From NCBI GenBank assembly GCA_900550495.1, contig URSJ01000003.1:18227-82226 (forward strand): 64,000 nt of DNA. The letters are read 5' to 3'. Numbering within the stretch: position 1 is the first letter of the stretch; each line of letters opens with the position of its first letter. The notes beneath the pieces are model-generated. The model made no database searches, was not told where the DNA came from, and saw nothing but the letters and a program-made list of their open reading frames with translations. This stretch comes from an uncultured Rickettsiales bacterium (lineage in GTDB: Bacteria; Pseudomonadota; Alphaproteobacteria; Rs-D84). Made by a program: the position numbers and the translations under genes. Of this stretch, positions 9,050-20,830 are shown in pieces.

Positions 9050-9370
9050 ATGCCAGGACATAACTATTGGGTATATATACTGTTTGACAAACCGGCCGGT
9101 GCAACATACATTGGTGTGACCAATGACCTGAAACGTCGTGTCTTTGAACACAAGATGGAATTGATACCCGGTTTTACCCAAGATAAACATATCCATAACC
9201 TGGGCTACTTTGAAGAATACAAATACATAGACAAAGCGATTGCGCGTGAAAAGGCGTTAAAGAAATGGAAACGTGCATGGAAGTATAAACTGATAGAAAC
9301 GATGAATCCCCATTGGCACGATTTGGCGTCTGACATAGACGAATATATCGCACGTATACAGCACGACTAA
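9050..9370 (+). CDS. GIY-YIG nuclease superfamily protein (small stand-alone type)
   Basis: YWVYILFDKPAGATYIGVTNDLKRRVFEH provides the GIY..YIG..R..EH motifs, with ..REKALKKW.. downstream. Start set at ATG 9050. Confidence 0.8.
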   Translation: MPGHNYWVYILFDKPAGATYIGVTNDLKRRVFEHKMELIPGFTQDKHIHNLGYFEEYKYIDKAIAREKALKKWKRAWKYKLIETMNPHWHDLASDIDEYIARIQHD

Positions 9371-9418
9371 GGACGCCGCGATTGTGTGGGTATGGCTCGC
9401 GTTCGCTCGCACTGCACG

Positions 9419-9459
9419 GTCCCTATTCCTGCCTGCGCAGGAATGACAAGTTTTTAAGT
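9419..9459 (-). repeat. Right terminal inverted repeat of GIY-YIG cassette
   Basis: gtccctattcctgcctgcgcaggaatgacaagtttttaagt. Confidence 0.85.
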
Positions 9460-9475
9460 TTTCTGTTCTTAAACT

Positions 9476-9539
9476 AAATCACTATATCACTTTGTCACTT
9501 TCTCACTATATCACTCTCTCACTCTATCACTTTGTCACT
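9476..9539 (-). repeat. Tandem octamer array (nnnTCACT) x8, inverted copy of the AGTGAnnn array
   Basis: aaatcact atatcact ttgtcact ttctcact atatcact ctctcact ctatcact ttgtcact. Confidence 0.9.
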
Positions 9540-9563
9540 AAAAAAAACCGCCCTGGGCGGTTT
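9540..9563 (-). terminator. Rho-independent terminator of the 9564..10793 gene
   Basis: AAAAAAACCGCCC-T-GGGCGGTTTTT directly abuts the stop codon. Confidence 0.75.
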
Positions 9564-10793
9564 TTATGGACATTGAGCCAATTGATACATTACATTTTGG
9601 ACGTCGTTGTTTACTGATACCGTAATCTCGCGCCCCAGGCCGTCGGTGTATGTATAATTAAACTTGGCATCTTTGAATTCTGGGACGGCCGCGTATGCGT
9701 CATTAAACGGTGCCAGCATTGCATTAAACCACTGGCGTCCACGACACAGACAACCGTTGCGAACATCGGCCGCCACCGCCGCTGTTGATGTGTTTGGATA
9801 TTTCGTATCCAATTCATTGTCGGTCATCATCAGGCAACGTGTGCCAAATCCGTAAAAGTTTGCGTCATCTGCCATAAATTTATAGACCAGACCATCAGAC
9901 GCCCCTGCACGGCGCAATGAATACGCCATGCCATCAGTGCAACACGCACGTGCCGAATTCAGCAACATTTTATACCGGGCCAGCAACGGTGCCGCCGCCG
10001 GATTTGATGCGTCAATATTTGCGTCGCAACGCGCCGCGTCAACGAATTCCGCCATACGGACATCTTGTATTTTACGACTGCGTGGGGCAACAGCCTCGCG
10101 CATGATGGGTTTGCGGCGCCAAATATCGCATTCGGCATCAGTATCAAACGGGCAACCGTCACTGCGCCCAAATACAGTTTGAACTGTTTCAGTCATATCC
10201 TGGGCAGTGTATGTGGCGCGTGGTGCAACCGTGTTATTCGTCCACAGATTATCCTGGGGCCTTTGTGGCGTCAATAATTCTTCTATACGTGCGCGTGTTG
10301 CGATTGCGTCGTTCATATTCTGATTATACATCTGGACAGCAATATCGGGCGTGGCCTGGATATCTTGTTCATAAATTTCTGGTAACGGTTCCAAGAACCA
10401 GTCTGAAAAATCCTTGTCCCGATACGAAACAATGGAATCGTCCCAGATTGGCACGCCATCACGCCAATCCACGGTTTTATCATATCCGCGTGATTGGTAT
10501 TTTTCGTGTGTTCCGTCCCATAACGGTGCGCGATTATCCGGCGCAACCGGTTTCACAGATAACATCTTGACCTGGCGCATAGGAATTTGGTCGGCATAGA
10601 AGTATTCCACAGGCTGACTGTATTCAGCGATTGGCGTTTGGATTATTCCCAATTGGCGCGGTTCAGATACAGTAACCTGGCGCGTATCCATTTGTTCAAT
10701 ATCACAGCCAGTGCCGATGCAGTCTGACGCACGCGCTACATTTGTCCCGAATAAACATACCAGGGACGATAAAATTGCAATCTTGGTATTCAT
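9564..10793 (-). CDS. Secreted Cys-rich protein of unknown function
   Basis: Signal peptide MNTKIAILSSLVCLFGTNVARA, then SDCIGTGCD. Multiple Cys pairs (ACCTDG, CLCRG, terminal QCP). Start set at ATG 10793. Confidence 0.65.
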   Translation of the reverse strand: MNTKIAILSSLVCLFGTNVARASDCIGTGCDIEQMDTRQVTVSEPRQLGIIQTPIAEYSQPVEYFYADQIPMRQVKMLSVKPVAPDNRAPLWDGTHEKYQSRGYDKTVDWRDGVPIWDDSIVSYRDKDFSDWFLEPLPEIYEQDIQATPDIAVQMYNQNMNDAIATRARIEELLTPQRPQDNLWTNNTVAPRATYTAQDMTETVQTVFGRSDGCPFDTDAECDIWRRKPIMREAVAPRSRKIQDVRMAEFVDAARCDANIDASNPAAAPLLARYKMLLNSARACCTDGMAYSLRRAGASDGLVYKFMADDANFYGFGTRCLMMTDNELDTKYPNTSTAAVAADVRNGCLCRGRQWFNAMLAPFNDAYAAVPEFKDAKFNYTYTDGLGREITVSVNNDVQNVMYQLAQCP

Positions 10794-10800
10794 ACTCTGA

Positions 10801-10811
10801 ATAATATCACA
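10801..10811 (-). promoter_or_regulatory. Extended -10 element TGTGATATTAT, 7 nt upstream of ATG (leaderless candidate)
   Basis: Reverse complement of ataatatcaca. The -10 hexamer ends 7 nt before ATG 10793 and there is no Shine-Dalgarno. Confidence 0.45.
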
Positions 10812-10922
10812 AAAATGCACATGTTTGAACAGGTTTTTGCGGAAAAACGTTTTTTACTTGTTGTCGCGTTGTTGTTCCGCTAGTATTAGGAATGTAGTCA
10901 ATATATAACCCCAGGAGAAAAA

Positions 10923-11783
10923 ATGAAAAAATACACAATCAGTATGTTCGGTGCGGTTGCCATGATGGCGGTGTCGCCGTGCGCATTTGCAGATGACGCG
11001 CCTGCAACAAATACAAAGACAAAGTTTCCCCATGGCGTCCAGATTGGAATGGGGGTGTCTGCAACCAGTGGATTAAACGGTTTTGTTGGCTATGTGAACA
11101 AAGACTTTGATTCTTTCTGGGCCAAGCGTTTTGGTGTTCGTCTGGATTTTGCTAGTACACGTCCAATAAAATCAGCAATAGATTCTGGAATCGATTCGTT
11201 TATGGGCGACGATGGAATTGATATCGGTGATAATCTGACGGTCAAAGATGGTGAAATAAAGTCATATCACGCAGCCGCATTGGTGGACTTTTACCCATTT
11301 GGTGATACATGGTTCTTGGGCGGCATGCGTCTGACCGGTGGTTATTATCTGGGAAAGACAGATATAGATGCGAATTTGGCAGGTCATATTGATGGTATGC
11401 CAAACGAATCGTATGAATTCAAATTGATGGACGAAATGTATCGTTATACTGGCAATTCTGTCCAGGGGACGGCTCACGCAGACTGGAAATATTCGGGGCC
11501 ATATATTGGGACAGGTTTTGATTTAGGGCTGTTTGCCGGGTTCAAGATTTATATGGACGCAGGTGTCGTATTTACTAACAAGGCCGCTCAGCTGGATTTA
11601 GATGTCCCGTTTGAAGGGCTGCAACATTGGAACGGTACTGGCTGGGATACTGTCGCCGACGACAGCGCATTACAGGACCAAGTTGACGCCGTTACGCGTG
11701 AAGCGTTGGCCGACGCCCAGCACGAATTGAACGATAACAAGTTTTATCCGATGGTCAAAATGGGCTTTATGTACCGATTCTGA
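10923..11783 (+). CDS. Outer-membrane beta-barrel protein
   Basis: Signal peptide MKKYTISMFGAVAMMAVSPCAFA, alternating Gly/aromatic strands, C-terminal ..KMGFMYRF (terminal Phe). AGGAG Shine-Dalgarno. Confidence 0.7.
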   Translation: MKKYTISMFGAVAMMAVSPCAFADDAPATNTKTKFPHGVQIGMGVSATSGLNGFVGYVNKDFDSFWAKRFGVRLDFASTRPIKSAIDSGIDSFMGDDGIDIGDNLTVKDGEIKSYHAAALVDFYPFGDTWFLGGMRLTGGYYLGKTDIDANLAGHIDGMPNESYEFKLMDEMYRYTGNSVQGTAHADWKYSGPYIGTGFDLGLFAGFKIYMDAGVVFTNKAAQLDLDVPFEGLQHWNGTGWDTVADDSALQDQVDAVTREALADAQHELNDNKFYPMVKMGFMYRF

Positions 11784-11808
11784 TGACGCGATTCGTTAAA
11801 TAAAATAT

Positions 11809-11838
11809 AAAACGCCCGCTTTTTGGGCGTTTTTTTTA
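11809..11838 (+). terminator. Rho-independent terminator
   Basis: CGCCC-GCTTTTT-GGGCG followed by a T8 tract. Confidence 0.75.
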
Positions 11839-12006
11839 TAAAACCGAATCAGATTTTGCCGAAAAACCGAATCGTGGCGTGGGCGGTCTGATAAAAAAAT
11901 CAAAAAAACTAAAAAAAATTTCAATTAAAAAAATGCCGAATTTTCAGGACGTTGACGATTTTTTGCGGTCGGTAAATAAATTTTCGTAAAATTATTTTCT
12001 AAAAAT

Positions 12007-12040
12007 CGCTTGACTTTTTTCGGGATAGGGCACATACTAT
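12007..12040 (+). promoter_or_regulatory. Candidate rRNA promoter (-35 TTGACT inside the 13-mer CGCTTGACTTTTT)
   Basis: TTGACT at 12010-12015, with CATACT/TACTAT 17-19 nt downstream. The identical 13-mer recurs upstream of rplU (27255-27267). Confidence 0.45.
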
Positions 12041-12204
12041 GCGGGCTTTCAAGTTGGGAACAAAACAAAAAAGACTCTCAACCCCTGAAATTCTGCGGTT
12101 ATCGGAACGACCGAATGAATAGGGTTCCTGATAAACTCGCAAACATTGTGAATAAAAGCAGCTCATCAAAAGATTTTTGATGCAAATCAAAAGTCTGTTC
12201 AAGA

Positions 12205-12221
12205 AGAGATATGCAGACAGT
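12205..12221 (+). other. 5' half of the 16S processing stem
   Basis: agagatatgcagacagt is complementary to 13942-13958 (actgtctgaatatctct) with one mismatch. The two halves bracket the 16S. Confidence 0.6.
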
Positions 12222-12395
12222 TGAATTTGGAAATATCCAAACTTTGACTAAGTCAATGTGCATATCCTAGACAGGTAGTAGGTTTACATATTAAACCTCG
12301 TTAAAAAACTTGTCTTGCGAATTATATATATGTAAAGACGAACTGATATTATGTCAGTGTTGTTTTATGCACAGGGCTTAAACCCAAGTTTTTTT

Positions 12396-13898
<1,503 letters not shown>

Positions 13899-13941
13899 AT
13901 AGAGAATACCGTTTACACGAAAACGGTCAAATCCAAACGCG

Positions 13942-13958
13942 ACTGTCTGAATATCTCT
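13942..13958 (+). other. 3' half of the 16S processing stem
   Basis: Complementary to 12205-12221. Confidence 0.6.
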
Positions 13959-13982
13959 TTTTGATGTGGGAATCTTTCTGCT

Positions 13983-14059
13983 GGGTCAGTAGTTCAGTTG
14001 GTTAGAATGCCGCTCTGATACAGCGGAGGTCGAAGATTCGAGTTCTTCCTGACCCACCA
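13983..14059 (+). tRNA. tRNA-Ile (anticodon GAU) in the 16S-23S spacer
   Basis: Cloverleaf GGGTCAG..CTGACCC-A-CCA. Anticodon arm CCGCT-CTGATAC-AGCGG. T-loop TTCGAGT. Confidence 0.95.
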
Positions 14060-14364
14060 CTTAAATTTGATGAGGTTGGAATCAGAAATGATTTAATCAT
14101 TTTTGATTCCAGATGTTCCATGATGAATATCGTCGGAATCTGCTTTTATAGCAATACATTGTGAATCGGTTTTTATGTCGCAAATCATAAAGTTTATAGA
14201 AATATGAATTTCTTGATTTGTTGAACATCGTAATAATCTCAAAAATCTTTCTATAAGAGTAATCACGAAAGTGATAATTCAATTAGAGAACAAGAATCAA
14301 CTTAAATGCTTAAAAAACTCATTAAGTTATTTTACTGTGCATGAAGACTTTCTCTTCAAGCATA

Positions 14365-17118
<2,754 letters not shown>

Positions 17119-17208
17119 TTTTGTCTTGACTTGATAACAAGTCAAGCGTATGCTTGAAGAGAACGTTGAAGTGATTCTGATACAGAATTACGATGTTCGC
17201 TGGATTTA

Positions 17209-17324
17209 TTCTGGTGATTATTGAGCGGGAGTCACCCTCTGTTCCATTCCGAACCAGACAGGGAAACCTCGTATCGCCGATGGTACTTTGGCTTAAGCCA
17301 CGGAAGAGTAGGTCGTCGCCAGAA
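17209..17324 (+). rRNA. rrf: 5S ribosomal RNA
   Basis: ..CCATTCCGAACCAGA..GCCGATGGTACT..AGAGTAGG.. The terminal helix pairs TCTGGTGA with TCGCCAGA. Confidence 0.9.
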
Positions 17325-17412
17325 TAAATCCAGTCTTGTTCCACATAGCCTTGGCGAAGTGGAATAGATGTAAAAACCGAATTTTAACCGCCCACGTGGC
17401 GGTTTTTTGTTT
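17316..17412 (+). repeat. 97-bp direct repeat, copy 1 (last 9 nt of 5S plus the rrn terminator)
   Basis: 94/97 identical to 19217-19313 by manual alignment. Confidence 0.95.
17386..17412 (+). terminator. rrn operon terminator
   Basis: CCGCC-CACGT-GGCGG followed by TTTTTTGTTT. Confidence 0.8.
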
Positions 17413-19216
17413 TTTAAGAAAAACTTTACAAAATGAACAAAAGTTTACAAAAAACATTGCAAAATGATTTTGTAAAGATTATGATATGAAAAAGGGTTGG
17501 CGTATGGAAGTGTCTTATGAATATTTGAGAGAAATGATTGGTTCAAAAGAAACGTTGTTTGTTGAATGGAAGTCAGACGATAACAACACCTTTAATGATT
17601 CTGTCTTGGTAAATTCATGTGTAGCATTGGCAAATGCAGAGGGGGGACAGCTGTTTATAGGTATAAGAGATTGTACTGGAGAAATAATAGGAAGTAAAAA
17701 AGCTCAGTTAAATAATGCTAATGAAAGAGCTTTGGAAGGATTGATTCGTTCTAGAACGATGCCAAATTTAAATGTTGATGTCATGTTTTTAAATTTACCT
17801 GACGGAAAAATAATCGTGAGAGTTGTTGTCCCTAAGGCCATTACAGTGATCGGAACAACAGATGGCAGATATTTAAAACGAGAAATTCTGCCAAGTGGTG
17901 AACCCAGTAACAAGCCAATGACACCAGATGAAATTTTTAGAAATACTACGAGTATTGGTTTTGTTGATCTATCTGCAAATATCATGTCAGGATTACATAT
18001 GGATGATATTGATATTGAATTAGTAGAAAATAGCATACGAGATGTTTTGAAAAAAGATTTGAAAGAGGAAGAAATCGCTATTTTTTCACAAGAACCGATA
18101 AATGTTTTAAAAACTTTGGGATTGGTGAATTCTGACAATATACCAAATATAGCCGCGGTGTTGTTGTTTGGAAAAGAGGAATCTTTGAAGGAAAAATTTC
18201 CAAATCATTTTGTCCAATATCAGGTCTTTGGATCGCAAGGAGAAGTGTTAAAAAATGAAAAATATTCGTTACCTATCATCAAGTTGTTGCCAAAGTTATT
18301 GGTAATGCCGGAGTTATTGAAAAATACAGATGAGTTTTTAGTAAATGCTCAAAGTCTGGTTGTACCTGAATATGCTCCTGATGCGATAAGAGAAGCCTTT
18401 GCAAACGCTATAGTCCACAGAGATTATAGTTTGTATTCAGGAATTCAGATACAAGTATTTAACGATGAATTAAACATTACAAGTGCAGGAGGTTTTGTGA
18501 AGGGGGTTTCTTTACAAAATTTGTTACGTACGCCTCCTATACCACGGAATCGCCGTTTGGCAGATGCCATGAAAGCGTTAAAGCTGGTCGAAACATCAGG
18601 TAGGGGAATAGATAAAATATATTACTTTCAAGCAAAGTATGGACGCCCCGCGCCAGACTATTCCGCATCAACTGAGAACCATGTTATTGTCAATATCTGT
18701 GGAGGAAAGGCAAATTTAGATTTTTGTAAATTTGTCTTTAGCATTAGTGACGAAATACATTTGTTTGATATGTTAATTTTAAATTACTTGTTTTATCAGC
18801 GTAGTGCAACAATGGCGCAACTGGCGTCTCTTGTCCAGTCATCAGAAATGGAGGTTCGTAGAATAACTCGAAGGTTGCTAGAAAAGAATTTGATAGAAGT
18901 GGTAGATGAAGGTAATCCTTTGTTTTTTTTAAAGGGTATGGCACCAAAGAATAAAATACGTTTAAGGGATAGTAATATTTCTGAGTATGAAAATAGTATC
19001 CAAAATTTATTGAAAGAGCATGATAAATTAAGTAGAAATGATATTGCAAAGTATATAGGTTTGTCTCCTGCTCAAACATATAGAGTATTGCTAAAAATGC
19101 AAGCGAGTGGCAAGGTTGTTATGACCGGGTATCGTTGGAAAGCGCAACAAATCTTTTTATAATCTTTTTAATATGATTTTTATAAAGATTTCTTAGAAAA
19201 ATAAAGATGCGCATCT
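17413..19216. mobile_element. More AT-rich insertion between the 97-bp direct repeats (no recognisable mobility gene)
   Basis: The segment is bounded by the duplicated 5S-3'end/terminator sequence, looks more AT-rich than its flanks, and carries a single ORF. Confidence 0.5.
17504..19162 (+). CDS. Schlafen/AlbA_2 (divergent AAA) + HATPase_c_4-type putative DNA-binding ATPase/regulator (RecG-C-terminal-like family)
   Basis: ETLFVEWKS..VALANAEGGQLFIGIRD..GEIIG (AlbA_2 pattern). IREAFANAIVHRDYS..ITSAGGF..PRNRRLADAM..ETSGRGIDKIY (HATPase_c_4 pattern). C-terminal wHTH-like region. Start ATG 17504 has AAGGG upstream; track start 17486 is also possible. Confidence 0.75.
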   Translation: MEVSYEYLREMIGSKETLFVEWKSDDNNTFNDSVLVNSCVALANAEGGQLFIGIRDCTGEIIGSKKAQLNNANERALEGLIRSRTMPNLNVDVMFLNLPDGKIIVRVVVPKAITVIGTTDGRYLKREILPSGEPSNKPMTPDEIFRNTTSIGFVDLSANIMSGLHMDDIDIELVENSIRDVLKKDLKEEEIAIFSQEPINVLKTLGLVNSDNIPNIAAVLLFGKEESLKEKFPNHFVQYQVFGSQGEVLKNEKYSLPIIKLLPKLLVMPELLKNTDEFLVNAQSLVVPEYAPDAIREAFANAIVHRDYSLYSGIQIQVFNDELNITSAGGFVKGVSLQNLLRTPPIPRNRRLADAMKALKLVETSGRGIDKIYYFQAKYGRPAPDYSASTENHVIVNICGGKANLDFCKFVFSISDEIHLFDMLILNYLFYQRSATMAQLASLVQSSEMEVRRITRRLLEKNLIEVVDEGNPLFFLKGMAPKNKIRLRDSNISEYENSIQNLLKEHDKLSRNDIAKYIGLSPAQTYRVLLKMQASGKVVMTGYRWKAQQIFL

Positions 19217-19313
19217 TCGCCAGAATAAATCCAGTCTTGTTCCACATAGCCTTGGCGAAGTGGAATAGATATAAAAACCGAAATTTGACCGCCCACGTGG
19301 CGGTTTTTTGTTT
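19217..19313 (+). repeat. 97-bp direct repeat, copy 2
   Basis: See 17316-17412. Preceded by the 14-bp palindrome aagatgcgcatctt (19204-19217). Confidence 0.95.
19287..19313 (+). terminator. Duplicate copy of the rrn terminator
   Basis: Same hairpin and T-tract as 17386-17412. Confidence 0.75.
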
Positions 19314-19345
19314 GCCATTTGCGTGGTGCATGGTAAAATGTCAGT

Positions 19346-20185
19346 ATGAAAAAAATGGATGATAATTTTCGTGGCACGCGGGGCAGTTTGCCACCACAAC
19401 TGTTTAAATATATTGATATGTCAAGAATATCTCAGACGACGACAAAGTTTGTAGAGTATATGAATAAATTGGCAGATACGTTTCATCAAAATGTTAATCA
19501 TGATGATGCGTTTGCTAGCATTAGAAATACAAAATTGAATGCCCCCGACTTGTTTGGTCAATGTGTCAAATTGCGCTATATTGACAGTGGTATAAGTGGC
19601 AGCGTATATGAAATGCGCATCGGAGACCAATGTTTTGCGTTCAAGATAAACCGTTCATCGTATTCGGACATCAGTGAATTGGAAACAATGCATTTCCAGA
19701 AAAAGGCGCGAAATTTATTAAATAAAATTTATATCGGTTCTACATTTGAATATGAAGGCAAAGTGTATTCGTGGTTATTGATGGATTATGTAGCCGCATC
19801 TAGTCAAGACACGTTTGATTTAGTGCGAGAGCGACTGTATTATGCAAATTTGACCAAGGGTTTGGTCTATGAAGACGTGTCCGAAGATAACCTGAGAAAT
19901 GGCAAGATTATTGACCGTGGCAATATGTGGCAACGTAAAATTCCTCTGGGGCGGACCGAAATAGACTTGGTCAAGAAACTGGTTTATGCCATGCGCACAG
20001 ATGATATGGTCGCGTTCGAGATATTGACATCACATGCGTTAACGTCATATCCGAAGGTTATAAATTACCTTACGATGTCGATGATGAATTTGCTGGGTGA
20101 AACGCCGGCCCGATTTAAAAAGTTCCGCGTCGTAATTTTTGATAAATCTAATATTATCAAGCAGGCAAAACACGCCGGCCGTTAA
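19346..20185 (+). CDS. Minimal protein-kinase-like fold protein
   Basis: Gly-loop IDSGISGSVY, Lys in CFAFKI, hinge LLMDYV, catalytic-loop-like YEDVSEDN (D-x4-N), DFG-like IIDRG. Confidence 0.55.
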   Translation: MKKMDDNFRGTRGSLPPQLFKYIDMSRISQTTTKFVEYMNKLADTFHQNVNHDDAFASIRNTKLNAPDLFGQCVKLRYIDSGISGSVYEMRIGDQCFAFKINRSSYSDISELETMHFQKKARNLLNKIYIGSTFEYEGKVYSWLLMDYVAASSQDTFDLVRERLYYANLTKGLVYEDVSEDNLRNGKIIDRGNMWQRKIPLGRTEIDLVKKLVYAMRTDDMVAFEILTSHALTSYPKVINYLTMSMMNLLGETPARFKKFRVVIFDKSNIIKQAKHAGR

Positions 20186-20670
20186 ATCCCCAGAAAATAT
20201 TCTGCCGCGCGTCCAATTATAAACGCAGCGCCAGATATTGTGGCACACACCAAAAACATTTCTATTGCGTTACGCCACCATGATTTGCGTTGAATGTTGC
20301 CGACAATAAAATTAAATGCAAATATAATAATAATTGCAATTGCAAAAGTTGCGCACAGTGCCAGTCCTCGATTTGAGGTCACACAAAATGGCAATATCAA
20401 AAATATGCATGTTATCATATACGCAGCACCTGTTAGTGCGCCTGTGCGCAATGCACAGGAAACATTTCCTGCGCGTGCGGCCAGATAATTTGATGCTGCC
20501 ATAGACAGAGCCGCCGTGATTGACGCGATGATTGCAGTTACTATTATATCGCGCCGGTGCGGAATTGTAAATGCAATCCCGGCAATCAATCCGGTCAGCG
20601 ATACCAGGGCATCATGCATGCCTAAAACAGTTGCGCCAATTGGATTAAAATCATTGTTTTGGTGTCTCAT
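20182..20670 (-). CDS. VIT1/CCC1-family (iron/manganese transporter-like) membrane protein
   Basis: Five hydrophobic segments. Motifs GMHDALVSLTGLIAG.. and ..AALSMAASNYLAARA resemble VIT family signatures. Confidence 0.55.
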   Translation of the reverse strand: MRHQNNDFNPIGATVLGMHDALVSLTGLIAGIAFTIPHRRDIIVTAIIASITAALSMAASNYLAARAGNVSCALRTGALTGAAYMITCIFLILPFCVTSNRGLALCATFAIAIIIIFAFNFIVGNIQRKSWWRNAIEMFLVCATISGAAFIIGRAAEYFLGI

Positions 20671-20770
20671 TTTGTTTGCAAATCAGCCTAGCCCAAACAG
20701 AATATTTTTGCCCCAGGAATCAATTGATAATATAGCCGTAAAAAAATACAAAGTTTACAAAGATTTTTTC

Positions 20771-20799
20771 TTGCAATTGCGGGCTTTTTTGCTCAAAAT
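20771..20799 (+). promoter_or_regulatory. Candidate ppdK promoter TTGCAA-N17-CAAAAT
   Basis: -35 at 20771-76, -10 at 20794-99. AAGGAG Shine-Dalgarno at 20820-25. Confidence 0.4.
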
Positions 20800-20830
20800 C
20801 ACAAGGTTTTTTAATTCAAAAGGAGAAACC

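Larger units (their letters stand above)
8951..9475. mobile_element. GIY-YIG gene cassette bounded by ~41-bp terminal inverted repeats, inserted between inverted octamer arrays
   Basis: Inverted repeats at 8965-9005 and 9419-9459 are near-perfect reverse complements and contain the palindromic core ATTCCTGC..GCAGGAAT. The locus at 53176-53321 has the same arrays without the cassette. Confidence 0.5.

Noticed and set aside
8869-9539. Possibility that the AGTGAnnn/TCACT arrays (also at 53176-53321 and 23762-23793) are CRISPR arrays.
   Set aside because: The period is only 8 bp with no spacers, there are no cas genes, and the arrays occur as inverted pairs. They are microsatellite-like tandem repeats.
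14060-14364. Expected tRNA-Ala gene in the 16S-23S spacer.
   Set aside because: I read the spacer on the rRNA-coding strand and found only AT-rich sequence with one 14-bp hairpin. No acceptor or T-arm pattern is present.
17413-20185. Integrase, transposase or toxin-antitoxin genes that would explain the insertion after 5S.
   Set aside because: Only the AlbA_2-type ORF lies between the direct repeats, and the kinase-like ORF lies outside them. Neither shows recombinase motifs.
20516-20830. 105-aa N-terminal extension of the ppdK ORF in the track.
   Set aside because: It runs antisense through the VIT-family gene and the promoter region. ATG 20831 is preceded by AAGGAG and begins the conserved PPDK N-terminus MSNKWVY.
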